From: an uncultured Verrucomicrobiota bacterium
Lineage (GTDB): Bacteria; Verrucomicrobiota; Verrucomicrobiia; Limisphaerales; SXQI01
Direction: 5' to 3'
DNA: 64,000 bases
NCBI GenBank assembly: GCA_964478815.1
Contig: CAYZKY010000001.1
Location: 35,043-99,042 of the forward strand
Below, piece after piece: positions 43,405 through 52,785 of the stretch. The notes under the pieces were generated by a model that saw only the letters and a list, made by a program, of their open reading frames with translations, searched no databases and was not told the origin of the DNA. The position numbers and the translations under genes were made by a program. Each line of letters starts with the position of its first letter. The stretch's first letter is position 1.

Positions 43405-44462
43405 GCCTGCTGGAGCACCGCCAGGCCATCGACCGGCTGGATGCCAAAATCGTCCAGCTCCTGAACGAACGCACGCGCCACGTCCTGGAGATCGGCGCGA
43501 TCAAACTGGCGGCCGGCGAAGAGATTTACGCCCCGCATCGCGAGCTGGCGGTGCTGCAGCGGCTCCGCGAATTGAACGCGGGTCCCATCACGGACGATTC
43601 GCTGCGGGCGATTTACCGGGAGATCATGTCGAGCGCCCTCTCGCTCGAAAAGACGATGACGATCGCCTATTTCGGGCCGGAGGCGACCTTCACGCATCAG
43701 GCGGCGATCCGGAAATTCGGCTCCAGCCTCCAGTATTCCCCGCACAAAACCATCGCGGATGTCTTCACCGAGGTGAGCAAAGGCCGCGCCGATTACGGCG
43801 TCGTGCCGGTCGAGAACTCGACCGAAGGGGTGGTCACGCACACGCTCGACATGTTCGTCGATAGCGACCTTAAAATCGTGGCGCAGATCATTCTGCCGAT
43901 CCAGCAATGCCTCATCGGCAATACCCGCCGCGATCGGATCAAGAAGGTCTATTCCCATCCGCAACCGCTGGCGCAATGCCGGCAGTACCTCCAGCTTCAT
44001 CTCGCGTCGGCCGAGATTGTGGAGACGTCGTCCACGACTCGAGCCGCGGAGTTGGCGGCGAAGGAAAAGGGAGCCGCAGCCATCGCCAGTTCGCTGGCCG
44101 CCGAGCGGTACGGGCTCAAGATTCTGGAGAAGGACATTCAGGACAGCTCGAGCAATGCGACGCGGTTCTTCGTGCTCGGCCGCCAGTGCAGCCCTCCTAC
44201 CGGGAACGACCGGACCAGCCTGATGCTGAGCGTCACTCACCGCGTCGGCGCGTTGCATCGCGTGCTCGCGCCGTTCAACCTGTTCAAGGTCAACCTGACC
44301 CGGATCGAGTCCCGCCCGAACAAGCGCAAAGCCTGGGAGTACTTCTTCTTCGTCGATTGCGACGGGCACATTCAGGACAAGAAGCTGGCTCAGACGATCG
44401 AACGCATTCAGCGCGATTGCAACTTCCTCAAGGTGCTGGGCTCTTACCCGAACGGCGGCTAA
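43401..44462 (+). CDS. pheA: Bifunctional chorismate mutase / prephenate dehydratase (P-protein)
   Basis: CM domain (IDRLDAKIVQLLNERTRHV), PDT domain (IAYFGPEATFTHQAA...VPVENSTEGVV) and ACT domain (TSLMLSV...ESRP). ATGA overlap with scpB. Confidence 0.9.
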   Translation: MSLLEHRQAIDRLDAKIVQLLNERTRHVLEIGAIKLAAGEEIYAPHRELAVLQRLRELNAGPITDDSLRAIYREIMSSALSLEKTMTIAYFGPEATFTHQAAIRKFGSSLQYSPHKTIADVFTEVSKGRADYGVVPVENSTEGVVTHTLDMFVDSDLKIVAQIILPIQQCLIGNTRRDRIKKVYSHPQPLAQCRQYLQLHLASAEIVETSSTTRAAELAAKEKGAAAIASSLAAERYGLKILEKDIQDSSSNATRFFVLGRQCSPPTGNDRTSLMLSVTHRVGALHRVLAPFNLFKVNLTRIESRPNKRKAWEYFFFVDCDGHIQDKKLAQTIERIQRDCNFLKVLGSYPNGG

Positions 44463-44466
44463 TTCC

Positions 44467-44643
44467 ATGCCCCGACTGCTCAACATCCTGACGGACAAAG
44501 ACGAGTTGGCGCTCGACTTAATCGAACGCGAACAGGCGCAGCCGGAGTTGAGCGTCGAAGTGTTCGATCTGACGCAGGACTCTCCCGACTACGCGGCCTT
44601 GGTCGAGCGCATCTTCGCGGCGGACAAAGTCCACGTCTGGTAG
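44467..44643 (+). CDS. Possible small protein (58 aa), below the ORF-track cutoff
   Basis: ATG 4 nt after the pheA stop. The translation MPRLLNILTDKDELALDLIEREQAQPELSVEVFDLTQDSPDYAALVERIFAADKVHVW has protein-like composition and is followed by a hairpin. Confidence 0.35.
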   Translation: MPRLLNILTDKDELALDLIEREQAQPELSVEVFDLTQDSPDYAALVERIFAADKVHVW

Positions 44644-44663
44644 CCGGAGATTTTCGGCGTGCT

Positions 44664-44690
44664 GGCGAGGAACGGGAACGCTCCCTCGCC
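44664..44690. terminator. Hairpin GGCGAGG-N13-CCTCGCC between convergent genes
   Basis: A 7-bp GC-rich stem followed by ATTGTTCTC. It sits between the small plus-strand ORF and the minus-strand ydeI-like gene. Confidence 0.3.
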
Positions 44691-44720
44691 ATTGTTCTCA
44701 AGCAATTTTCGGACTGGCGC

Positions 44721-45383
44721 TTAAGGTTTCTGCCGCCGGACGAGCATGATGAGGAACTTTTTCAAGCGCCGGGCCCGCGTTTCCGGCTTCTTGGCGGACT
44801 GGAGATGGAAGTAGATGCTGTAGCGGCTCGACTTGGCGAGGGTGGCGAAGAACTCCTTGGCGCGGGGCCGGGCTTCGAGCGCTTGCAGAAAATCCTCCGG
44901 CATCGTGGCCGTGCTCGATGAGCTGTAGGCTTGAGCCCAACGCCCATCCGCCTGCGCCGCCAGCACGGCGGCGAGGCCGGCTGGCTGCATCCGGTTCTCT
45001 CGAATCAGGCGTTCGACATGGCCGGTATTGACCTTGGACCAGACGCTGCGCGGGCCGCGCCGGGTAAACTTTTGCAGCCAGGAACGCTCGTCGTGGCGCT
45101 GCTTTTGGCCATCGATCCATCCGTAACAGAGGGCTTCATCGACCGCCTCGAGATAGGACACGGTCGCTTCCCCGCTCGCTTTTTTGAAAATGCGCAGCCA
45201 GATGCCGGGATGTTCCAAGTGATGCTCGTGCAGCCAGCGCTGGAACGCCGCGGCATTGACGAACGACAGGATCGGCTGGTCCGGCCTGGGTGGCTTCGCC
45301 AGTTTGGCGCGGATGATCGACACGGCGAAGCGTGGGCGAAGACTGGTTAGTGGATCAATCCACGGAATGCTTTGCGCTCGCAC
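44721..45383 (-). CDS. YdeI/OmpD-associated family protein
   Basis: FQRWLHEHHLEHPGIWLRIFKKASGEATVSYLEAVDEALCYGWIDGQKQRHDERSWLQKFTRRGPRSVWSKVN is the YdeI-family signature. The start is uncertain because the listed start overlaps the DoxX gene by 37 nt. Confidence 0.75.
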   Translation of the reverse strand: MRAQSIPWIDPLTSLRPRFAVSIIRAKLAKPPRPDQPILSFVNAAAFQRWLHEHHLEHPGIWLRIFKKASGEATVSYLEAVDEALCYGWIDGQKQRHDERSWLQKFTRRGPRSVWSKVNTGHVERLIRENRMQPAGLAAVLAAQADGRWAQAYSSSSTATMPEDFLQALEARPRAKEFFATLAKSSRYSIYFHLQSAKKPETRARRLKKFLIMLVRRQKP

Positions 45384-45730
45384 CAGAGCAAATAGAGCGC
45401 CAGCAGGACGATGATGATGAGAGGCGGACTGGCGAGACCATCGCCTTTCATGATGAAGGCATGGTAGGCGAGGATATTGACGATGACGGGACCGAGCGCC
45501 AACAGGCCCAGGTTGCGGGTCTTGGGAATGGCAACCAGAATGCCGCCGATCACCTCGACGACTTTTACGAAAGCGAGGTAACCCGTCGGCGCGAAGGCCG
45601 CCATGAATTGGGCAGCAGGAGTGCCCTCCGGCAAGGCCGGCATCGGGGCAACTTTCAGGAGGACGACCAGGCCGGAGGCGACGAACACAAAACCAAGCAG
45701 CGCGCCAGCGATCGCAGGCAGGTATTTCAT
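45347..45730 (-). CDS. DoxX-family membrane protein
   Basis: 127 aa with four hydrophobic helices and DoxX-like layout (KVVEVIGGILVAIPKTRNLG). Confidence 0.75.
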   Translation of the reverse strand: MKYLPAIAGALLGFVFVASGLVVLLKVAPMPALPEGTPAAQFMAAFAPTGYLAFVKVVEVIGGILVAIPKTRNLGLLALGPVIVNILAYHAFIMKGDGLASPPLIIIVLLALYLLWCERKAFRGLIH

Positions 45731-45848
45731 AAGTGCATCGGTTCGAAACTTGAGATCAGCCTAGCAAAGCGCTTTCAGGAAGACCAGAACGGAGCGTCAG
45801 GACCGTCACGCGCTCGCCCCGGAAAGCAGGACGTGGCAGGGTGGGCAA

Positions 45849-48485
45849 ATGCCGTTGCCGTTAACGCCGAGCCCGGTAACCGAGTGGTTCGCGCGCACGT
45901 TCGAGGAGCCTACGCCCGCCCAAAGCCGGGCCTGGCCGCTCATCGAAGCCGGCCGGAATACGCTGATCATCTCTCCCACCGGCACAGGCAAGACGCTGGC
46001 GGCCTTCCTGGGCATTCTTAACGAGCTGGCGTTGCAGCACCTGCGCGGCGGGTTAAAGGCATCGATCCACGCCATTTATATCAGCCCATTGCGGGCGCTA
46101 AGCTACGATCTCGAGAAGAACCTGGCCGAACCGTTGCACGGAAGTTTCGGTGCGACGCCGCCGATCCGGGTGGGGCTGCGCTCCAGCGACACGTCGGCGT
46201 CCGTCCGCCAGCGGCAACTCACCGCCCCGCCCCACATTCTGCTCACGACGCCGGAGAGTCTGAGCATTCTATTGAGCCAGAGAAAATGGCTGGCGCCACT
46301 ATCGACCGTCCGCTGGGTGGTGGTGGACGAAGTTCACGCCTTGGCTCCGAACAAGCGCGGGGTGCATCTCAGCTTGAGCCTGGAGCGGCTGGATCGCTGG
46401 GCGCAGCAGCACGGCACCGCCACGGCGCCGCGCTCCCTGCAACGCATCGGCCTGTCGGCGACCGTCGCGCCGGCCGGAGAAGTAGCGCGATTTCTCGTGG
46501 GACAGGATCGAACGTGCGACATCGTGGATGTGACGGCGGCGAAGAAGATCGATCTCAGGGTCTATTCGCCGCTGGGCCGGAACCCCTACCCGCAATCGGG
46601 CTACACGGGACAGCGGCTAATCCGGGAATTAGGCAAACTCGTGCGGGCGCATCGCACCACGTTAATTTTCAGCAATACGCGTTCGGGCGCCGAGGCGGCG
46701 ACCTATTGGCTCACGCGGGCATTGCCCGATCTGAGCGCTCAGATCGAGTGCCATCACGCGTCGCTCGACCGCGATTTGCGCCTGGAGGTGGAAGATCGCC
46801 TGAAGCGCGGCGAGCTCCGGGCCGTGGTCTGCTCGACCAGCCTGGAATTGGGCATCGATATCGGGTCGATCGATCTCGTGGTGATGCTGTCGACGCCCAA
46901 GGGCGTCAGCCGCGCGCTGCAGCGGACGGGCCGGGCGGGACATAACCTGCGCAGTGTCAGCCGCGGCTTGCTGATGGCGACCAACATCAACGACCTGGTG
47001 GAGTGCTGCGCCACGGCGCTGCTCGCGCGGCGGCGGCAACTGGACGAGGTGCGGCTGCCGGAAGCGCCGCTCGATGTGCTGGCGCAACACCTGGCGAGCA
47101 TGGGTTGCACCGAGCGTTGGGCGCGTCCCGCCGCCTATGAGCTGGTCCGGCGGGCTTATCCGTACCGCGCCTTGAAACAGGAGGATTTCGATTTAGTGCT
47201 GGATTACCTCGCGGGTGGCGGGCGGGCGCTCCGTCGTCAGTACGCGGAGACATTCGGAAAGATCGATCTCGATGACGAGAGCTTCGAGACGCGGCTTGGC
47301 CGGGTGCGCACCGATCTTCTCCAAAACATCGGCGTCATCCCGAACGAAGGGATGGTAGCCGTGCGGCTGAAAGGCCGGACGATCGGCCTGATCGAGGAAA
47401 GCTTCCTGCGGCTATTGCAAGTGGGCGATGTCTTCATCATCGCGGGGCGCCCGGTGCGGCTGGATCGCGTGGGAGCGATGGAATGCTTCGTGACTCCCGC
47501 GGATGGCGTCGTGCCGACCGTCCCCCGTTGGAACGCGAACAAAATGCCGCTGACCAACCGCGTGGCGGAAGAGATGGTGGCCTTTCGCGGCGAAGTGCGG
47601 GCGCGCTTCGAGGAACTCGGCTCCGCTGGGAGCACGCATACCGGGTGGATCGAAACCCGGCTGGATTGTGGAGTGGCCAACGCCCGCATTATCGCGCAGA
47701 TGCTTGCGGCTCAAGCTTCGGTTTCAGAGATCCCGACCGCCGATTTCCTGCTCGTGGAGGACTTCCTCGAAAATGAACCAGAACTGCCTGGCGAACTAAC
47801 CGGACAAGGCCGGCGACCGCGGCGGGTGGCCCGCACCTCAGGACGGTCCCGCCACTATTTCTTCCACTGCCTGGTGGGCCGGGCCGCCAATGAGGCCCTT
47901 TCGCGGGTCGTGGCACTCCGCCTGGGCCGGCTTCGCGGCGGCAATGCCATCGCCACGCCCGACGATTACGGCTTTGTGCTGACGGTGGCGCCGCAGCAGG
48001 CGATTGCGGAGGCGGATCTTCCCGGCTTGCTCTCGCCAGAAGGCTTCGCGGATGACCTCCAGCAGGTGCTGTCCCGTTCGGATTTGCTGCGCTACCACTT
48101 TCGCAACGCGGCCCAGACGGGCCTGATGGTCTACCGGAATTACTTCGGAGAGAAGAAGCCGCTGCGCAAAGTGCAGTGGTCGACCGATGTCATATTTAAT
48201 GTGCTGCTCGAACACGAGCCGGATCACCTCCTCCTGCGCGAGGCCCGCCGGGACGCCGTCCACACCTATCTCGACCTCGATCTGGCCCTGAACTATCTCG
48301 AGACGATCCGCACCCGCCCGCACCGTCTGCGCGCTATCGATCAGGTGCCGCCGCTGAGCTTCGCGCTGTTCGCCACAAAGATTAAGGAAGCCTTGCTGGT
48401 GGAGGATCCGCGCGAGGTGACGGAACGGCTGTTTCACCATTGGTGGTCCAAGCTGGAGCGTTCCGACGAGTCGACACCGCAGTAA
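45849..48485 (+). CDS. lhr: Lhr-like DEAD/DEAH-box helicase with a DEAD/H-associated C-terminal domain
   Basis: 878 aa. Motif I SPTGTGKT, motif II VVDEVH, motif III SATV, motif VI QRTGRAGH. The long C-terminal domain is typical of Lhr-core / ligase-associated DEXH helicases. Confidence 0.85.
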   Translation: MPLPLTPSPVTEWFARTFEEPTPAQSRAWPLIEAGRNTLIISPTGTGKTLAAFLGILNELALQHLRGGLKASIHAIYISPLRALSYDLEKNLAEPLHGSFGATPPIRVGLRSSDTSASVRQRQLTAPPHILLTTPESLSILLSQRKWLAPLSTVRWVVVDEVHALAPNKRGVHLSLSLERLDRWAQQHGTATAPRSLQRIGLSATVAPAGEVARFLVGQDRTCDIVDVTAAKKIDLRVYSPLGRNPYPQSGYTGQRLIRELGKLVRAHRTTLIFSNTRSGAEAATYWLTRALPDLSAQIECHHASLDRDLRLEVEDRLKRGELRAVVCSTSLELGIDIGSIDLVVMLSTPKGVSRALQRTGRAGHNLRSVSRGLLMATNINDLVECCATALLARRRQLDEVRLPEAPLDVLAQHLASMGCTERWARPAAYELVRRAYPYRALKQEDFDLVLDYLAGGGRALRRQYAETFGKIDLDDESFETRLGRVRTDLLQNIGVIPNEGMVAVRLKGRTIGLIEESFLRLLQVGDVFIIAGRPVRLDRVGAMECFVTPADGVVPTVPRWNANKMPLTNRVAEEMVAFRGEVRARFEELGSAGSTHTGWIETRLDCGVANARIIAQMLAAQASVSEIPTADFLLVEDFLENEPELPGELTGQGRRPRRVARTSGRSRHYFFHCLVGRAANEALSRVVALRLGRLRGGNAIATPDDYGFVLTVAPQQAIAEADLPGLLSPEGFADDLQQVLSRSDLLRYHFRNAAQTGLMVYRNYFGEKKPLRKVQWSTDVIFNVLLEHEPDHLLLREARRDAVHTYLDLDLALNYLETIRTRPHRLRAIDQVPPLSFALFATKIKEALLVEDPREVTERLFHHWWSKLERSDESTPQ

Positions 48486-48608
48486 CGCTTCATCAACCGC
48501 TCAAGCGTTCGCGGTGGGGTTGCTCGCTTTGCGAGGATAAGTTCACCGCGATCCCGAGTTGCGCGTGCGGTGGCGCAGGGTAGAGTTTCCCCTTTGCGAG
48601 GAGCACCG

Positions 48609-50276
48609 ATGAAGGAACTTTTGGCGAGCCCGGCCTGCAGGGGTTGGTGCTGGATGATTGCATTGCTGGTGGGGCCGGTCTTGCTGCACGGAGCCTCGCA
48701 GGACGTGCGGTTCTTCGGACTCTACAACGGCCAGGTCTGGCATCAGGAGAGCGCCGAGCCGCCCGCGCTCGCGACCGTGGGCAACCCCCACGAGTTCAAG
48801 GCGTTCGTACTGCTGGGCAGCACGCCCACCGTGAGTTCGGTCTCCCTGAAATGGCCGAACAATACGACCCGCCCGCTCCAGAAGCTTCCGACGAGCTGGC
48901 TCTATTACACGAATCTCCCCAATCAACCCAATCTGAATTTCGCCGCGCCGCAGGGCAGCTACACTTTCACCATCGAGAGCGCTTCCGCCGGTTCGAAGAC
49001 CATCACGCTCGGTTTGTTCGGCGATTTCTATCCCGTGACGCCCCGGCTCCTGAACTGGGTGGAAGCGCAGACGATCGATACGGAAAAGCCCTTCACCCTG
49101 AACTGGGCGGCGAACATCGCCTCGTTCACCGAAGTGCAAATTCACGAGGGCGACCGGCTCGTGTTTCGGACCGGGGATATGCCCGGTGAAGCCGGATCCC
49201 TCGCGGCCAACGCAGCTTCAGCGGTCATTCCGGCCAGAACGCTGCAGCCCGGCGGCAAGTATCGCGCGTCCATCACGGCTTGGGCCCGCATGGCGGCCAA
49301 CACCGCCGGATATCCCGGCGCGCTCGGCTGGGTCGCCTACACCAAACGGACGGAATTCTGGATTCGCGCCGCTTTCCCGACGAACGATATCGTGTCGTTC
49401 TCGACCTTCAAAACCCGGCGCTACGCGCAAACCTCGCCGGTCGACATCCTCCCCGATCCCAACGCAAGCTTTGCGCTGGTCTCGGCCGCCGAGGGCACCG
49501 GTCCCACGGTCGTCAAAGGGGCGAGTTGGCGGGCTCAACCCGGTCCCGCCCGCGCCTTGGAGCGCGCGGGGAACACCTGGTCACGAGAGGATCGTTTCAC
49601 CACCGAAGCGCTCTTGAACGCGGCCGCTCCGAATGGCCCCATCGAGTTCACCTTCGATACCACGCGCAATGGACTTCGCACCGTGCCGCTCGCCTTCGCC
49701 GACACTCTGCCCCCGGCCCCGGCCCTGCAAAACTGGTACGAAGCTAATACCATCGAATCGGCCAAAACTTTCGCGCTCCGCTGGCAGTCGGCTGGGAATT
49801 TCGTCCGCGTGCGGATTTTGCGCGCCGGGCAACAGGTCTTTCACGCCAGCAACCTGCCGGGAGAAGGCGCAGGCTTGCCGGCGGGAGCCACTTCGGTCAC
49901 CTTGCCGGCTGGGCTGCTCGCCCCCGGGGAAACGTGCGAACTGCGTTTGCTGGCGGCCCGCCTGAGCCGCACCGAACTCTACGAATACCCGCGCGCTTTC
50001 GGCCTGTCGGGCGCGGCGGCGGAGACCACGGCCATCCTTCGCGCCCGGGGTGGGACGGTCCAGACGCCCACCTTCACCCGCGCCGGCCGCGATGGAGCAT
50101 TCTTCAGCCTGAGCCTGGCCGGCGATCCCGGCCGCGTCCACGCCCTCGAGGGAACCGCTGACTTCCGCACTTGGACCCTCCTCTTGCAGACCAATGCCAC
50201 CGCTGGGGAATTTCAGATTCGCCTCCCAGCCAGCGCTCTGCAGAACCGCCCGTTTCTCCGAGCCTTGGCCTATTGA
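48609..50276 (+). CDS. Secreted protein with an internal module duplication and a conserved C-terminal module
   Basis: Start at MKELLASPACRGWCWMIALLVGPVLLHGAS. Two related modules (…LNWVEAQTIDTEKPFTLNW… and …LQNWYEANTIESAKTFALRW…). The C-terminus ends NRPFLRALAY. Confidence 0.65.
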   Translation: MKELLASPACRGWCWMIALLVGPVLLHGASQDVRFFGLYNGQVWHQESAEPPALATVGNPHEFKAFVLLGSTPTVSSVSLKWPNNTTRPLQKLPTSWLYYTNLPNQPNLNFAAPQGSYTFTIESASAGSKTITLGLFGDFYPVTPRLLNWVEAQTIDTEKPFTLNWAANIASFTEVQIHEGDRLVFRTGDMPGEAGSLAANAASAVIPARTLQPGGKYRASITAWARMAANTAGYPGALGWVAYTKRTEFWIRAAFPTNDIVSFSTFKTRRYAQTSPVDILPDPNASFALVSAAEGTGPTVVKGASWRAQPGPARALERAGNTWSREDRFTTEALLNAAAPNGPIEFTFDTTRNGLRTVPLAFADTLPPAPALQNWYEANTIESAKTFALRWQSAGNFVRVRILRAGQQVFHASNLPGEGAGLPAGATSVTLPAGLLAPGETCELRLLAARLSRTELYEYPRAFGLSGAAAETTAILRARGGTVQTPTFTRAGRDGAFFSLSLAGDPGRVHALEGTADFRTWTLLLQTNATAGEFQIRLPASALQNRPFLRALAY

Positions 50277-50307
50277 TCCAGCCCGCCGTCCGGGACTGGA
50301 GGCGCGA

Positions 50308-51258
50308 TCAGGGGGGAGGCTGCTGGGCTGGGAGCGCCGGCGCCTTGGGCAGGGGCTTAACCAAGGACCAGACGATGCTGGCGGCGAGGATAGCGACGAT
50401 CACGCCAAGGGAGACCGCTGTATCCACCTTGTACTGGGTGTGGGCGAGGATCATCTTGACGCCGACGAAGGTCAGCACCAGGCCGAGACCGATCTTCAGG
50501 TAATGGAATTTGTGCAGGACGCCAGCGAGGGCGAAATAGAGCGAGCGCAGGCCCAGGATGGCGAAGACATTCGAGGTGTAGACGATGAACGGATCGAGGG
50601 TAATGGCGAAGATCGCCGGAATGGAATCGACGGCGAAGATGAGGTCCGTGAATTCAACGAGGAGCAACACCACGAACAAGGGCGTGGCAAGGCGGATGCC
50701 GTTTTCGCGGACGAAAAACTTGTCGCCGCGATAATCGTCCGTGACGGGGAACCAGCGCCGGAACAAGCGGACGACCGGGTTGTGCTCGGGGTGGATCTCC
50801 TCGCCGCGTTTCACGATCATCTTGATGCCCGTGAGGATCAGAAAACCGCCGAAAATGTAGATGATCCAGGAGAATCGGGCCAGCAACGCGGCGCCGATCA
50901 CGATCATGACGGCGCGCATCACCAACGCCCCGAGGATGCCCCAGAACAGCACCTTGTGCTGGTACTTTAGAGGGACGGCGAAGTAGGAAAACAAGAGCGC
51001 GAAGACAAAAATATTGTCCACGCTCAGGGATTTCTCGATCAGGTAGCCGGTGAGGAATTCGAGTCCCTTTTGCGCGCCGTAGTATTTCCAGACACCCAGG
51101 TTAAACAACAGCGCGAGGAGCACCCAAACGATCGTCCACCCGATGGATTCCTTGAACGAAACGATATGGGATTGACGATGGAAGACCCCGAGGTCCAAGG
51201 CGAGCATGGCCAGCACGAAGACGTTGAAGCCGATCCAAAGCCAGACTTGATCGATCAT
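50308..51258 (-). CDS. terC: TerC/Alx-family integral membrane protein
   Basis: 316 aa. YLIEKSLSVDNIFVFALLF and a second FAVDSIPAIFAIT motif are the duplicated TerC signatures. Confidence 0.88.
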   Translation of the reverse strand: MIDQVWLWIGFNVFVLAMLALDLGVFHRQSHIVSFKESIGWTIVWVLLALLFNLGVWKYYGAQKGLEFLTGYLIEKSLSVDNIFVFALLFSYFAVPLKYQHKVLFWGILGALVMRAVMIVIGAALLARFSWIIYIFGGFLILTGIKMIVKRGEEIHPEHNPVVRLFRRWFPVTDDYRGDKFFVRENGIRLATPLFVVLLLVEFTDLIFAVDSIPAIFAITLDPFIVYTSNVFAILGLRSLYFALAGVLHKFHYLKIGLGLVLTFVGVKMILAHTQYKVDTAVSLGVIVAILAASIVWSLVKPLPKAPALPAQQPPP

Positions 51259-51300
51259 GGGCAGGAAATGAGATGGGGCAGTCGGTGGGCGGTTGGCCGG

Positions 51301-51663
51301 TCAGAGCCGGGCCGGGCGGGGCCGAGTCTTGGCCGCCGGGGCCGAGAGGCGGCTCTTGAGTTTGCTTTCGCCCCGGGTGGTTCGCCCGGCGATGCGCGCG
51401 CGCAGTTCGCGCATGGTTTTGGCGAAGGCAGCACGCAGCGTGTGGTCGCGCGATTCGGCGAAGACATCCGGCCCCGGGGTGACCAGGTGAACCTTGACTT
51501 CGTAGGCCGGGCTGGCGTCGACATAGCGGGCGAGCCGGACATTCGCTTCGTCGATGCGCAACTCGGAGCGCAGGCCGAGGATCTGATGCTCGACCCAGGC
51601 ATCGAGCGTCTGGGTGGAACGGATGCTGAAATGTTGCAGGGTCATTTTCAAATCGTTCTTCAT
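51301..51663 (-). CDS. HPF/RaiA-family ribosome-associated (hibernation-factor-like) protein
   Basis: 120 aa. The pattern ...STQTLDAWVEHQILGLRS...IDEANVRLAR...YEVKVHLVTPGPDVFAES.DHTLRAAFAKTMRELRARI matches the YfiA/HPF beta-alpha-beta-beta-beta-alpha layout. Confidence 0.6.
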   Translation of the reverse strand: MKNDLKMTLQHFSIRSTQTLDAWVEHQILGLRSELRIDEANVRLARYVDASPAYEVKVHLVTPGPDVFAESRDHTLRAAFAKTMRELRARIAGRTTRGESKLKSRLSAPAAKTRPRPARL

Positions 51664-51751
51664 GGGCGCAGCGTAAGTTCAGGGCGGGAACACCACTAAT
51701 ATTCGTTTCCGAATGGACGTTTCGGAAAAACCGAACGATCATTCCGAAGCA

Positions 51752-52654
51752 ATGGAATGGATTAATTATCATCACCTACGCTACTTCTGGAGCGTGGCCA
51801 AGGAAGGCGGCTTGGCGGAAGCGGCAGCCGTCTTGCACGTTTCGCCGCCCTCGATCTCGGAGCAGATCCGGGAACTGGAGGCGGCGCTGGGGGAAAAGCT
51901 GTTTCGACGCGAGGGTCGGCGCAATCGGCTGACCGAGGCCGGGCAGATCGCGTTCGGTTTCGCGGAGGAGATCTTCGCGCTCGGCCGGGAGATGGCCAAT
52001 GCCATCAAGCAGCGGCCGGGCGCCCGCATTTTGCGGCTGCATGTCGGCGTGGTCGATTCCTTTCCGAAACTCATGACGAATGAGATGCTGCGGCCGGCCT
52101 TTGCGCTGCCACAGGCGGTGCATGTCATCTGCCGCGAGGGCAAGCTGGAGGATTTGCTGCGACAATTGGCGGCCCACCGGCTGGACCTCGTGCTCTCCGA
52201 CGAACCGGCCCCAAGCGGCGCGCGGCTGCGGCTGTTCAATCATCCGCTGGGCGAATCGGGAACGACGATCTGCGCGGAGGAACGGCTGGCCCGGAAGCTC
52301 GAGCGCCGGTTCCCAAAGTCGCTGCACGCCTCGCCCGCGTTGCTGCCCGCGGAGAACACCGCGCTTCGCCAGGCCCTCGAGTCCTGGTTCCGCGAGGAGG
52401 GCCTTCAGCCGCAAGTCACGGCCGAGTGCGAGGATCTGGCCTTGTTGAAAACGATGGCAGCGGAAGGCCGGGGTTTCCTGGCTCTGCCCACGGTCGCGTT
52501 CGAGGAAGCGGCCCGGCATTACGGGTTTCGCCGGATCGGCACCGCCGCCGGATGCCGGGTGCGCTTCCATGCCATCACAGCGGAACGCCGCATCGTGCAT
52601 CCGGCCGCCACGGCCATCACCGCCCAAGCGAAGCGGCTCATGGGTCAGGCGTGA
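51752..52654 (+). CDS. LysR-family transcriptional regulator (NhaR-like N-terminus)
   Basis: MEWINYHHLRYFWSVAKEGGLAEAAAVLHVSPPSISEQIRELEAALGEKLFRREGRRNRLTEAG is a LysR HTH. Divergent from the hpf-like/terC pair. Confidence 0.85.
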   Translation: MEWINYHHLRYFWSVAKEGGLAEAAAVLHVSPPSISEQIRELEAALGEKLFRREGRRNRLTEAGQIAFGFAEEIFALGREMANAIKQRPGARILRLHVGVVDSFPKLMTNEMLRPAFALPQAVHVICREGKLEDLLRQLAAHRLDLVLSDEPAPSGARLRLFNHPLGESGTTICAEERLARKLERRFPKSLHASPALLPAENTALRQALESWFREEGLQPQVTAECEDLALLKTMAAEGRGFLALPTVAFEEAARHYGFRRIGTAAGCRVRFHAITAERRIVHPAATAITAQAKRLMGQA

Positions 52655-52785
52655 TGGAAGAAGGCGGAACCAGACAGTGTCGGCGGCCCGCTGAAAGGCA
52701 AGGTGGTTGGGCCTCGGCGTCCATCCAACATGCATTTTAGTATTGCCGAGCTTAGCCACTTTGTCATGGTTGGAACAGGAAACTT

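Noticed and set aside
45849-48485. Lhr-like helicase as part of a ligase-associated repair cassette or a defence island.
   Set aside because: No ATP-dependent ligase, PdeM-type exonuclease, nuclease or methylase gene is adjacent. The neighbours are a DoxX/YdeI pair and a secreted repeat protein, so it looks like a stand-alone housekeeping helicase.
51259-51751. yybP-ykoY (Mn) riboswitch upstream of terC.
   Set aside because: Only 42 nt separate terC from the upstream ORF, and the remaining non-coding DNA is about 90 nt. I could not see the conserved four-helix leader. This needs an Infernal scan to be certain.
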